Virus record (IMG/VR): IMGVR_UViG_3300045257_000499
Location: 1-62,479 of that record
Direction: 5' to 3' (one strand)
Length of the DNA stretch: 62,479 bases
From: a virus
Lineage: Duplodnaviria; Caudoviricetes
A program made the position numbers and the translations under genes. The notes below the pieces were generated by a model. It saw only the letters and a list, made by a program, of their open reading frames with translations, had not been told where the DNA came from and did no database searches. Positions 48,126 through 57,463 of this stretch are shown here, in pieces (positions within the stretch are counted from its first letter, which is position 1; the number at the start of each line of letters is the position of its first letter).

Positions 48126-49958
48126 GTGGTCACCGAATTCCGCCACGGCATCGAGATCATCGAAGTCGATGACGATATTCGTCCGATTCAGGTCGGGCCG
48201 TCGAACATCATCGGCGTCATCGGCACCGCGCCCGACGCGGACGAGACGCTGTTCCCGCTCAACGAGCCGCTTCTGATCGCGGGCGATCCGCGTCAGGCTG
48301 CACTGCTCGGCACGAGCGGTACGCTGCCCGACGCCATCAACGCCATCTTTTCGGAGTTCGGCGCCGACATCGTGATGATCCGCGTCACTGAGACCAATCA
48401 GCTCATGACGCAGTTCTCGAACCTGATCGGTCTTCAGACGACTCTTACTGGCCTGTTCGCCTTCAAAAAGGCGAAAACCACCTTGGGCCTCATTCCCAAG
48501 ATGCTGATCGCGCCGGGCTTCACCGCCCAGCGTCCGACCGATGGCGTCGACCACGTTCTCGTGAACGACGGCGGGGTCTTCTACAACCCGGCGACGACGC
48601 AGGTCTCGTTTTCCGGCGGGACCGGCCAGGGCGTCCAAGGCAAGGTGTCCGTGATTGCGGGCTCCGTGTCCGCCATCATCATGGTGCACAGGGGCTTCGG
48701 CTTCGGCTTTACGCCCCCGACCGTCACCATCACGGACACCTCGGCGCTTGCCGCGAAGGCCACGCTGACCTTCGCCGCCCAGCCGTCCAATGGCGATACG
48801 GTCACCATGGACGCGAAGACCTACACCTTCAAGACCGCGCTCACTCCGGCGGCGAACGAGGTGCTGATCGGCGTCGACGTTGCGGGGAGCATCGCGAACC
48901 TCGTCGCGGCGGTCACGGCCGGCGCCGGCGCGGGCACGGTCTATGGCGCCGGCACCACGGCGAATGCGACCATCGCGGCCGCCGCCGGTGCGACCGGCAC
49001 GCTCGTCGCAACTGCGAAGACGGCGGGCCAGGCGGGCAACGCTCTCGCCACCACGAAAACCAGCGCGAACCTGAGCTGGGACAATCCAACGCTCTCCGGC
49101 GGTCAGGGCGGCTCCGGCGCGGTGTGCACGGCGGTGCTCGGCACCGTGGCGAACCCGGTCGTCACCAACATGCTCACCGTTTGCCAGGACATGCGGTCGA
49201 TCATGATCGTTGACACGCCCGGCACGAGCTACGTCGACGCCATCTCCTACCGCCAGGACTTCGACAGCCAGCGCCTCTGGCTGGTCGAGGGCGGCGTGCA
49301 GGAGTTCGACGTCATCTCCTCGAGCGTCGTTCCCGCGCCCGTGGCTGGCTTCCTCGCCGGCAAGCAGGCGTACATCGATCAGACGCGCGGGTTTTGGTGG
49401 TCTGCCTCGAACCAGCCGCTCAACGCGGTGGTCGGCGTCAACCGGTCGATCGACTGGTCGTTCACCAGTTCCACCGTGGAAGGCCAGCTCCTCAACTCGT
49501 TGGGCATCGCGGTAGTGGTGCACGAGGACGGCTTCCGCGTCCTCGGCGTCGAGTCGCCCACCAGCGACTCGCTGTGGAAGTTCATTTCCGTCCGTCGCAC
49601 GGCCGACATGGTCTACGACGCGATCGAGGAAGCGCTCCGCATCGCGATCGACCGTCCGATCACGCTCGGCACGATCGACTTCATCGAGGGTTCGGTCAAC
49701 GCGTTCCTTCGGTATCTCGCCAACCTCGGCGCGATCATCGACGGCCGCGCGTGGCTCGACCGCACGATCAACTCCCCGACCCAGCTTCAGGCCGGGCATC
49801 TGGTGATCGACTTCGACCTCGAGCCCCCGGCGCCGTTGGAGCGGCTCACGTTCCGCGCGCACCGTAACGCGGGGTACTACACCGAGGTCATCGACTCCGT
49901 CCTCCTCAACGCGTCGACCGGGACGAGCGCGACGGCCGCGGGCCATCCGGCGCCATAA
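48126..49958 (+). CDS. Contractile tail sheath (P2 FI-like) with inserted domains
   Basis: F.HGI, IG.IGTAPDA, LIAPG, GFWWS.SN, FISVRRT.D. Confidence 0.93.
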   Translation: MVTEFRHGIEIIEVDDDIRPIQVGPSNIIGVIGTAPDADETLFPLNEPLLIAGDPRQAALLGTSGTLPDAINAIFSEFGADIVMIRVTETNQLMTQFSNLIGLQTTLTGLFAFKKAKTTLGLIPKMLIAPGFTAQRPTDGVDHVLVNDGGVFYNPATTQVSFSGGTGQGVQGKVSVIAGSVSAIIMVHRGFGFGFTPPTVTITDTSALAAKATLTFAAQPSNGDTVTMDAKTYTFKTALTPAANEVLIGVDVAGSIANLVAAVTAGAGAGTVYGAGTTANATIAAAAGATGTLVATAKTAGQAGNALATTKTSANLSWDNPTLSGGQGGSGAVCTAVLGTVANPVVTNMLTVCQDMRSIMIVDTPGTSYVDAISYRQDFDSQRLWLVEGGVQEFDVISSSVVPAPVAGFLAGKQAYIDQTRGFWWSASNQPLNAVVGVNRSIDWSFTSSTVEGQLLNSLGIAVVVHEDGFRVLGVESPTSDSLWKFISVRRTADMVYDAIEEALRIAIDRPITLGTIDFIEGSVNAFLRYLANLGAIIDGRAWLDRTINSPTQLQAGHLVIDFDLEPPAPLERLTFRAHRNAGYYTEVIDSVLLNASTGTSATAAGHPAP

Positions 49959-50027
49959 CCGCAAGACGCAATTCGCCAACCTCCAGGGGCCGCCCACGTG
50001 GCGGCCCCAAACTGTTTGGAGAACTAG

Positions 50028-50555
50028 ATGGCTCTCGGCGCCATTCGCGACATCTTTCGCGACTACACGCTGTTCATCGATGGCGTGCTCTACTCCGGCG
50101 ACGTCGAATCGGTCGAGCTGCCCAAGCTCAAGTGGAAGATCGAGGAGTACCGCGGCGGCGGCATGGACGTGCCCGTGGCGGTCAAACTCGGCCACGAAAA
50201 GCTGGAGATCAGCTTCACTCTCACGTGCCACGACAAGAACCTGCTCGGCATCTACGGCCTGGGGCAGGGGAACAACAAAATCTTCAAGTTCTTTGGCGCG
50301 CTCATCTCGTACGACGGAACCGAGAAGGGCGTTCAGCTCGAAGTGCACGGCTTCCCGCACGAGCACGACATGGGAACCGTGAAGGCCGGCCACAAGACGG
50401 AAGCCAAGTACATGGTGTGCTGCGATTACCTCAAGCACACCATCGACAACACCGTCGTGCTCGAGATCGACGCCCTCAACAAGAAGTTCATCGTGAACGG
50501 CGTCGACCAAGCCGCCAACACGCGCTTGCTGCTCGGGATCGGCGCCTCCGCCTGA
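50028..50555 (+). CDS. Tail tube protein (P2 FII-like)
   Basis: LPKL....EYRGGGMD, EID.LN...VNGVD. Confidence 0.93.
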   Translation: MALGAIRDIFRDYTLFIDGVLYSGDVESVELPKLKWKIEEYRGGGMDVPVAVKLGHEKLEISFTLTCHDKNLLGIYGLGQGNNKIFKFFGALISYDGTEKGVQLEVHGFPHEHDMGTVKAGHKTEAKYMVCCDYLKHTIDNTVVLEIDALNKKFIVNGVDQAANTRLLLGIGASA

Positions 50556-50598
50556 TCCCGGTTCTAACTCCATCCATCCGCAACAATAAGGAGACCTC

Positions 50599-50892
50599 AT
50601 GAGCGGAACCAACCCCGCGGGCAATGCCGCGCCCCGCCACGACATCCCCCTCGAAGTCCCGGTCACCCACCAGGGCACGACCTACACGAAGCTTTCGCTG
50701 CGGCGTCCGAAGGTGAAGGACACGCGGTTACTCGCCAGCAAGGCGGACAAGGACCCGATCGGCGCAAACAACGACTTCATCGCGTCGCTCGCCGAGGTGC
50801 CTCCGGCCGTCATCGACGAGCTCGACCTCGTCGACATGGGCAAGATTTCGGACTGGGTCGACGGTTTTACGAAGCGCACCGAGAAGCCCTGA
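50599..50892 (+). CDS. Tail assembly chaperone (GpE-like)
   Basis: LRRPKVKD, IDELD..D. Confidence 0.88.
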   Translation: MSGTNPAGNAAPRHDIPLEVPVTHQGTTYTKLSLRRPKVKDTRLLASKADKDPIGANNDFIASLAEVPPAVIDELDLVDMGKISDWVDGFTKRTEKP

Positions 50893-51047
50893 GCTGCGAC
50901 TGGCGTCTAACCGCCATTCCGTTATTTGAACGGTGGGGTTGGACGCCGGACGTTGTGCTCGATCTCGGTGTGGATGACTTTGCTTTCTACGTCCAGTGCT
51001 GCCGGGAAATCAACGAGGCAGAACGAAAAGCAGCCGAGGGAGGATGA
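50599..51047 (+). CDS. Extended chaperone E+E' via -1 frameshift near 50863-50868
   Basis: -1 frame open to TGA 51045-51047, encodes GpE'-like WGWTPDVVLDL. Confidence 0.7.
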
Positions 51048-51050
51048 CGC

Positions 51051-53414
51051 ATGTCCAACCTGGACGTCTCTGTCATCCTCCGACTGGTTGACCAGCTTTC
51101 GGGTCCTGCGAAGAAGGCCGCCGATAACATCAAGGGGATGGTCAAACAGTTCGAGGCGCTCAAGAAGGTCGGCGGCTTCGACTCTGCGCGGCGGCAGGCC
51201 GACAGCTTCCACAAGTCCATCAAGCCGCTTGTCAAAGACCTCTCGGCGATTGCGACCGAGTTGCGCAGGATCACCGGGCTCTCGCGCACGGCGCTCGGCG
51301 GGATGAATGTTGCGGCCGGCAATGCCGGCTTGGCGGCGCAAGCTTCGCATCTGCGGCAGATCGCGAATCTCCAGCAGCAGATGATCCGCAACCAGGCGCG
51401 CCTTGGGCATGGTGGCGGCGGCCGCGGGTATCACGGCATTCCGCTCGGGCTCGGGTATGCGCTGACCGCCCATCGGATCGGTCACGGTGTCGCTGCCGGC
51501 TTCGGCAAGGCCGGGACGCTCGATTCCGAGATGGCGATGCTTGAAGTCGCCGGTTACAACGCTGGCGAGCGCCGGCGCATGCTCGAGCAGGCGCGTGCGA
51601 CCTCGAACATTGTTCCGCAGACCACCACCGCGCAGAATCTCCACCGTCTGCGCGAGTTGACGTACGCCTTCGGCGACGTCGGGCATGCGCTCGAGTCGCT
51701 GACCGACGTCGCGAAAGTGATGCAGGTCGTAAAGTCTGCCCTCGGCGAGCAAAAGGGCGGCTCCTTCCACGATCAGGCGATGGAGATCGTGAAGGGCGGC
51801 GAGCTCAAGAACTACATTTCGAGTCCGGAGGAGTTCAAGAAGTGGCTGGATATGTCGGCGCGGTCTTCGATCGCGACCGGCGGTCTCGTCACCCCGGCGG
51901 CGACGTTTCAGGCGCTCAAATATGCGCGCTCGGCGATCCACGGGTACAACGACGAGTTCATGTCGAGGTACCTGCCCGAGATCATTCAGGAAATGGCGAC
52001 GGGCAGGGGTGGTGGCGCGCGCGGCGGCGCGGGTCCGAGCCTTGCCTCGTTCAAGCGCATGTTCGTCGACTCCACGGTGGCGGCGAAATACATCCCGGCT
52101 CTGCTCAAGTCCGGACTGATCGACAAGGATCACATCGACTACGACAGCAAGGGCAAACCCAAGGCTTTGCTCCCAGGCGCGTTTTTCGGCAATGACATCG
52201 CCTCCAAGAACCCGTTCCAGTACATGGAGCAATACCTCAAGCCCGCTCTGGAGCTAGCCGGGGTCGATTTGAAAGACCACTCCGCGGTCGTCAGAAAGAT
52301 CTCCGAGTGGGGCGGTACTGACATCGCCAAACAGCTCAACCAGTTGATGGTGATTCAGCGCGATCAGATGAAGAAGCGCGCGGAGCTCAATCAGCGCTCG
52401 ATGGGCTTTGAGGAAGCGTACGAGCGAGTCCAGGGCACCTACAATCAGACGCTCGAGTCTTTGAAAAAGACCACTGACGACCTGATCGCGAATGCGCTCG
52501 TGCACTTCGAGCCGATGCTCGTGCCGGCGATGAAGGGCCTTCAGAACTTCCTTGGCGGTCTGCGCAATGTCTTTTCAGGACCGGGCGGAGGCTTGTTGGC
52601 TGCGGGCGGCGCGCTCGCAGGCGCCGGTCTGCTCGCGGGACTGCTACCGCGCCTGCTCGGTGGCGGGCTGCTCGGGCGGCTTATCGTCGGCGGCGCGGGC
52701 ATGGCCTTACTTGGCCCCGGCGGCGCCTTACTCGGCGCATTCACCGGGCTCGGCACGGCGGTGACCACAGCCGCGGCTGGGTTGACGGCCTTGTCGGGCG
52801 TCCTCATTGCCACTGGCGTCGCGCTCACTGCCGCGTACGGCGTGAGCAAGGCGTGGGAGATGGCGAAGAAAGCGCCGGATCGGCTGGCTGAGGAGTACCG
52901 CAAACCGGGCACGTTCTTCGTCGATCCGATGAGCGGGATTCCGCTTGCCAACCCGACGCGCGGCCATATCGAGTCGACCTTCGGCCCAGAGATGGGCAAG
53001 AAGGCCGAGTCGAGCGGCGCGAGCGCGGGCTCTGGTTGGTTCACCTCGTTCTGGGACACCGTCAAGAGCGGGATGGCCAGCGTCGGCAACGTGGTCCCGG
53101 CCGGCAATATGTCCGGAGAGGGATCGAAGTCCGGCTCGGCGTGGGCGAACGCCTTCCTTGCCGCCGCGCGAGCGATCTCCAGCGCCACGATCCCGGGGCC
53201 GAGCGTTACTCCATCGGGAGGCGGCGGCGCCAGCGGCGCAGTTCCCGCCACGGGGGCGAAGCCCGGCAAGAGTTCGGCGCTGCATCGCAACGTCAACGTG
53301 GCCGCGATGCACATTCACGTCCACGGCGCGCACGAGCCGGCCAAGGTCGCCGATGCCGTGCACCGCAAGTTCGCGCGCGCGGTCGAGAAGCAGCTCTCGG
53401 ACATTTACGCATAA
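51051..53414 (+). CDS. Tape measure protein
   Basis: LRLVD.LS.P N-terminus, helical, Gly/Ala hydrophobic region; position. Confidence 0.85.
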   Translation: MSNLDVSVILRLVDQLSGPAKKAADNIKGMVKQFEALKKVGGFDSARRQADSFHKSIKPLVKDLSAIATELRRITGLSRTALGGMNVAAGNAGLAAQASHLRQIANLQQQMIRNQARLGHGGGGRGYHGIPLGLGYALTAHRIGHGVAAGFGKAGTLDSEMAMLEVAGYNAGERRRMLEQARATSNIVPQTTTAQNLHRLRELTYAFGDVGHALESLTDVAKVMQVVKSALGEQKGGSFHDQAMEIVKGGELKNYISSPEEFKKWLDMSARSSIATGGLVTPAATFQALKYARSAIHGYNDEFMSRYLPEIIQEMATGRGGGARGGAGPSLASFKRMFVDSTVAAKYIPALLKSGLIDKDHIDYDSKGKPKALLPGAFFGNDIASKNPFQYMEQYLKPALELAGVDLKDHSAVVRKISEWGGTDIAKQLNQLMVIQRDQMKKRAELNQRSMGFEEAYERVQGTYNQTLESLKKTTDDLIANALVHFEPMLVPAMKGLQNFLGGLRNVFSGPGGGLLAAGGALAGAGLLAGLLPRLLGGGLLGRLIVGGAGMALLGPGGALLGAFTGLGTAVTTAAAGLTALSGVLIATGVALTAAYGVSKAWEMAKKAPDRLAEEYRKPGTFFVDPMSGIPLANPTRGHIESTFGPEMGKKAESSGASAGSGWFTSFWDTVKSGMASVGNVVPAGNMSGEGSKSGSAWANAFLAAARAISSATIPGPSVTPSGGGGASGAVPATGAKPGKSSALHRNVNVAAMHIHVHGAHEPAKVADAVHRKFARAVEKQLSDIYA

Positions 53415-53435
53415 AGAGATCGAAGGAGGCTCGGC

Positions 53436-53864
53436 ATGAGCGGCAACGACGTGCTGCTCGCGCTGGGCCCCTTCGCTTTCTACGCCACGGCGCCGAGCTT
53501 CGAGAAGCTGAAGTTTGCCGCAGACTTTCGTTGGGAGGGGCAGAAGCGACTCGGCAGAGAACCCGCGCAGCAGTTCCTCGGCCCGGGTGAACGCGATGTG
53601 CACATCGAAGGCGTGATGTATCCGGAGGCGTTCGGCGGCGCCGAGCTGCTGACCGCGATGCACGCGGCCGCGCGCAGCGGCGCGGTCTATCCGCTCATCG
53701 CCATGTCCGACGCCGGCTTTGCGGGGCAGGTGATGGGCCTCTGGGTCGTCAAGAACCTGGAGAACACGCGACAATACTTCGGGCGCAACGGCGCGCGCAA
53801 GATCGATTTCGACATTCACCTACGGTCCTACGGCGAGGACGGAATCACCGGAGGGCTGTTCTGA
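53436..53864 (+). CDS. Tail protein GpU-like
   Basis: LALG.F.F, R.G..PA.QF.GPG, G.WV. Confidence 0.9.
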   Translation: MSGNDVLLALGPFAFYATAPSFEKLKFAADFRWEGQKRLGREPAQQFLGPGERDVHIEGVMYPEAFGGAELLTAMHAAARSGAVYPLIAMSDAGFAGQVMGLWVVKNLENTRQYFGRNGARKIDFDIHLRSYGEDGITGGLF

Positions 53865-54082
53865 TGGGCGTGACGTATTTCACGATCCAAGATGATCGGC
53901 TCGACCAAATCTGCTCCCGCTATTACGGCGCCGAGGGCAACGGCAACGTCGAGATGGTGCTCAACGCTAACCGCGGCCTCGCGGGCCTCGGTCCAATCTA
54001 CGAAGCCGGCGTTCTGATCTTTCTGCCAGACCTTCCCGCCCCGACCTTGCCTGTCCGACAGGTGGTGCACCTCTGGAGCTGA
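53864..54082 (+). CDS. Tail protein X
   Basis: D.LD.IC.RYYG, ANRGLA, LPD, LW. Confidence 0.9.
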   Translation: MGVTYFTIQDDRLDQICSRYYGAEGNGNVEMVLNANRGLAGLGPIYEAGVLIFLPDLPAPTLPVRQVVHLWS

Positions 54083-54085
54083 TCC

Positions 54086-55087
54086 ATGACCACGCCCGCC
54101 TGGCAAATCAGCGTGGGCGGTGCGGCGGTCGGCGGGTCCCTCAATGACCGTTTGCTCGAGCTGACACTCACGCTCCACGACGGGCACGAGAACGACGAGC
54201 TCGAAATCAAAGTCGATGACCGTGATTTTGCGGTGGCCGATCCCAACACCGGCGACACCATCTCGATCTCTCTCGGTTATCGCGAGACCGGTCTGGTCTT
54301 TATGGGAACCTACATCGTCGATGAGGTCGAGGTGGAGGGCCCTCCGAAAAGCATGGTGATTCGCGCCAAGGCGGCCGACCAGGGCAAGGCACAAAAGCAG
54401 CATCGGACCAAAAAATATCAGAAGAAAAAGCTCAAGGACATCGCAGGCGAGGTCGCCAACCGGCACGGACTCAAGCTGTTCGTCTCGGATGAGGTGGGGA
54501 ACGTCGGGTATCCCTACCTGCACCAGTCGGAGGAGTCCGACTGGCATTTCCTGACGCGCCTATCGCGCGACCATGATGCGCTGTTCTCGATCAAGAACGG
54601 CACGCTGTTGTTCGTCAAGCGCGGCGATAGCGCGAGCGCGAGCGGTTTGTCGATGCCGCAGGTCCAGGTGGCCGAATGGGGCCTCGTCAAATACCGAGCG
54701 ACCAAAAAGGACCGCCCGAAGCACGATAAGGCCAAGGGGCACTGGCACGACCGCAAGAAGTCCAAGCACAAGATCGAGGACTCCACCGAGTCGGGCGACG
54801 GGAAGGCAACCTTCACGCTACGCCACCCGCACCAGAACAAAGACCTCGCCCAGCGCGCCGCAAACGCAAAGATCAACGAACTCAAGCGCGCTGAGGGCTC
54901 GATCGAAATCTCCATCATTGGCGATCCCTCCGTGCAGCCGGAAGGAACGCTCTCGGTTTCCACCGGGCGCAGCGTGCTCGATGGCACGTGGCTCATCAAG
55001 ACCGTCACGCACAAGTGGACCAACTCGGGCGCCGAGACGTCGATCTCCGGTGAGCGGCCCAAGGACGGCGGCGGTGGGAGCAAATGA
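54086..55087 (+). CDS. Baseplate hub / late control D protein
   Basis: D.L.I..DD, LGY, Q..ESD..FLTRL, G.W.I..V.H. Confidence 0.9.
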   Translation: MTTPAWQISVGGAAVGGSLNDRLLELTLTLHDGHENDELEIKVDDRDFAVADPNTGDTISISLGYRETGLVFMGTYIVDEVEVEGPPKSMVIRAKAADQGKAQKQHRTKKYQKKKLKDIAGEVANRHGLKLFVSDEVGNVGYPYLHQSEESDWHFLTRLSRDHDALFSIKNGTLLFVKRGDSASASGLSMPQVQVAEWGLVKYRATKKDRPKHDKAKGHWHDRKKSKHKIEDSTESGDGKATFTLRHPHQNKDLAQRAANAKINELKRAEGSIEISIIGDPSVQPEGTLSVSTGRSVLDGTWLIKTVTHKWTNSGAETSISGERPKDGGGGSK

Positions 55088-55236
55088 AACGCGTCCTCGA
55101 CCGAGTCGTGACGGTTCTCATTTGGCTCATCGCTCGGTGTGTGGCCGCCCGGCTCAAATTATCAAAACGATGCGGCAATGCACTGCGTCGTGTTCACCGC
55201 GTGGAGCGCGTCCAGCGCCGAGTATCAGAGGAAATC

Positions 55237-56061
55237 ATGGACATCTCGAAAGAAGCCTTCGACCTCATCGTCACCGAGGAAGACGGCAGCCCGGCCTACT
55301 ACATGAAGCACTACCGCCACCCCGAATGGCCGGGTGGCGCGTCGGGCGTCACGATTGGCGTTGGCTACGACTGCGGCTATGCGACCCATCAAGAGCTGAT
55401 CTCCGATTGGGCTGGGCACATCCCCAGCTCCATGATCGGCGCGCTCACGCACGTCATCGGGATTCACGGTGCAGCCGCGCACGCGCTCGCCATCGAGCTG
55501 CGCGACAGCGTCGACATTCCGTGGGATGCGGCGCTTGCGGTGTTCTCTGAGCGCGACGTGCCGAAGTGGGTGGACAAGTGCCGAAAGGCGCTACCCAACT
55601 TCGACAAGCTGCATCCACACAGCCGAGGCGCAATCGCCTCGCTCGCGTTTAACCGGGGCGCCTCGTTCACGAAAGAGGGCGACCGCTACCGCGAGATGCG
55701 CGCGATCCGAGACCACATGATCGCGTGCGAGTTCGCGAAAATTCCCGCCGAGTACATGTCGATGCGGCGCCTGTGGCCGGAGGGCGGAGACCTCTGGAAG
55801 CGGCGCGGGCACGAAGCGGCGCTGTTCGAGAAGGGGCTGAGCGCCCTTCCGGTCATTGCGTCTCCACCGATCGCGCCGGGGGCGCCCGCCCACGAACCTG
55901 AATCAGTCAAGCCGGCCGCAGAGCCGGTGAAAGAGCCGGCGCCGAAGCCGGCCGAACCGCCGCCGGCGCCAGCGCCGGCTTCCCAGCCGGCCGAGCCGGC
56001 ACACGCCAACCCGCTCGAAACTCTCCTCACGGAGATCGAGCACATCATCGGCGTGAAGTAA
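55237..56061 (+). CDS. Endolysin (lysozyme-like glycoside hydrolase); possible upstream start at 55084
   Basis: EE catalytic region, WPGGASGVTIG.GYD.G, SL.FNRG, L..RR..EA.LF. Confidence 0.8.
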   Translation: MDISKEAFDLIVTEEDGSPAYYMKHYRHPEWPGGASGVTIGVGYDCGYATHQELISDWAGHIPSSMIGALTHVIGIHGAAAHALAIELRDSVDIPWDAALAVFSERDVPKWVDKCRKALPNFDKLHPHSRGAIASLAFNRGASFTKEGDRYREMRAIRDHMIACEFAKIPAEYMSMRRLWPEGGDLWKRRGHEAALFEKGLSALPVIASPPIAPGAPAHEPESVKPAAEPVKEPAPKPAEPPPAPAPASQPAEPAHANPLETLLTEIEHIIGVK

Positions 56062-56077
56062 TCAACCGGAGAACCAA

Positions 56078-56284
56078 ATGAACAGTTTCGCTGCCGTGGC
56101 GGCCCACGTGGCCGCCCGTTTCAAAGAGCCCTCGTCCTGGGCTGCGCTCGCCGGCGTGGCCGCGCTGGTCGGTGTCAACGTGCCGGCCGCCGAGTGGCAG
56201 CTCATCGCGAACGCGGGTGCTGGCATCATGGCCCTCGTGGCGTTCTTCCTGCCGGAAAACAGCACTGCCCCGGCCGCGAAGTAA
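56078..56284 (+). CDS. Putative holin
   Basis: 68 aa, RFKEPSSWA, two TM segments, after lysin. Confidence 0.65.
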   Translation: MNSFAAVAAHVAARFKEPSSWAALAGVAALVGVNVPAAEWQLIANAGAGIMALVAFFLPENSTAPAAK

Positions 56285-56320
56285 CACTCGCGTCTCTCAC
56301 TCTCCAGCGAAAGTAGACAA

Positions 56321-56725
56321 ATGAAGAAGCCGATTTTCGCGGCTCTGCTTGCCGCCGCGTTCGCGCTCGGCGGCTGTGCGACGTTCCAGCAAAAGCTGGA
56401 GCACTTCAACGATCAGGTCAACAAGTACGCGCCCGTCGTGGGCAAGGACTTGCTGATGATCGGCAACATCCTGGTGCAGGCGGAGTGCTCGCCTGCGCTT
56501 TCGCCCACGTCGCAGACGGCGGTGAACATTCTCAACGTCGTGGCGCCCAACTCGGCTTCGGCCAGCAAGGTCGCCTCGTTCCTCGGCACCAACCAGCAGG
56601 TGGCTTCTCAGCTCTGCCCGCTGGTGGAGGCGATCAAGACGGCGGTCGGCAAGGTGCCACAGGGCCAGCCGTCCCAGATCATCGCAGCTCCGGTCGCGGC
56701 TCCGTCCGCGCCGGCAACGAAGTAA
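56321..56725 (+). CDS. Lipoprotein in lysis cassette
   Basis: Signal peptide II with LGG-C lipobox. Confidence 0.7.
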   Translation: MKKPIFAALLAAAFALGGCATFQQKLEHFNDQVNKYAPVVGKDLLMIGNILVQAECSPALSPTSQTAVNILNVVAPNSASASKVASFLGTNQQVASQLCPLVEAIKTAVGKVPQGQPSQIIAAPVAAPSAPATK

Positions 56726-56736
56726 AGGAGGTCTCG

Positions 56737-57066
56737 ATGTCTCTCATCAGCGGACTCTTGTCCCTGGTCTCCATTGCCTATCCGCCGGCCGCGCCGGTGA
56801 TCGGCATCTTGGAGAAGGTTGCGCCGATGGTCGAGGAAGCGGCGCCCGTCATCAAGGCGGCGATCAGCGAGGGGCCGAGCGCTTTCAAGGCGGCGCAGAG
56901 AGCCGCGCCGGATCTCGCCAAGGCGATCGAAGAACTGGCCGGTCACGTGTTCGGTCATACGGGCGAGGACGCGCTCGAGAAGGTCACCCGCACGCTCGTC
57001 GGGCACAAGATGACGCCCGATGACGAGCAGCGCTGGTTCGAGCGTGCCTCCGGGCATTGGGGCTAA
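56737..57066 (+). CDS. Hypothetical protein
   Basis: AAGGAGG RBS. Confidence 0.65.
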   Translation: MSLISGLLSLVSIAYPPAAPVIGILEKVAPMVEEAAPVIKAAISEGPSAFKAAQRAAPDLAKAIEELAGHVFGHTGEDALEKVTRTLVGHKMTPDDEQRWFERASGHWG

Positions 57067-57070
57067 ACCG

Positions 57071-57343
57071 ATGGCAGAGCCTCTCCCGACGCCCGTCACC
57101 TGGACGGAGGTGCAGATCGTCTCCTCCGTCGCCGGCGTCGTTGTGCTCGTGGTGAGCGCGGTCGTGGGGTGGCTCTGGCGACAGCTGGGGTCGGTGAGGA
57201 AAGACCTCGCCGACCACCGCGTCGAGGTCGCTCGCGACTACGTCTCGAAGCTCGACATGGGACGGATCGAGAAGAACGTGCTCGACGCCATCGATGCCAT
57301 CGCTCGGCGCCTTGATTCGCTGCTCATGCGCAAGAACGACTAG
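57071..57343 (+). CDS. Membrane protein with coiled coil (lysis-associated)
   Basis: One TM segment, then YVSK.D..R.E. Confidence 0.65.
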   Translation: MAEPLPTPVTWTEVQIVSSVAGVVVLVVSAVVGWLWRQLGSVRKDLADHRVEVARDYVSKLDMGRIEKNVLDAIDAIARRLDSLLMRKND

Positions 57344-57463
57344 GAGTTCTGTCCCCACGTTATTTGTTGTGGATGCAGGGCGCGCGCGTGAGCTGCGCGC
57401 TGATAATGGCGGCAATCGCTGAGTCGCGCCAAGCGGCCAGCTCCCTACCAGTGAGGTCAACGG

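Noticed and set aside
49986-50008. GC hairpins between structural genes (also 36812-36840)
   Set aside because: Ordinary intergenic stabiliser or weak terminator hairpins
48054-50678. 874-aa minus-strand ORF
   Set aside because: Antisense shadow of sheath and tube genes
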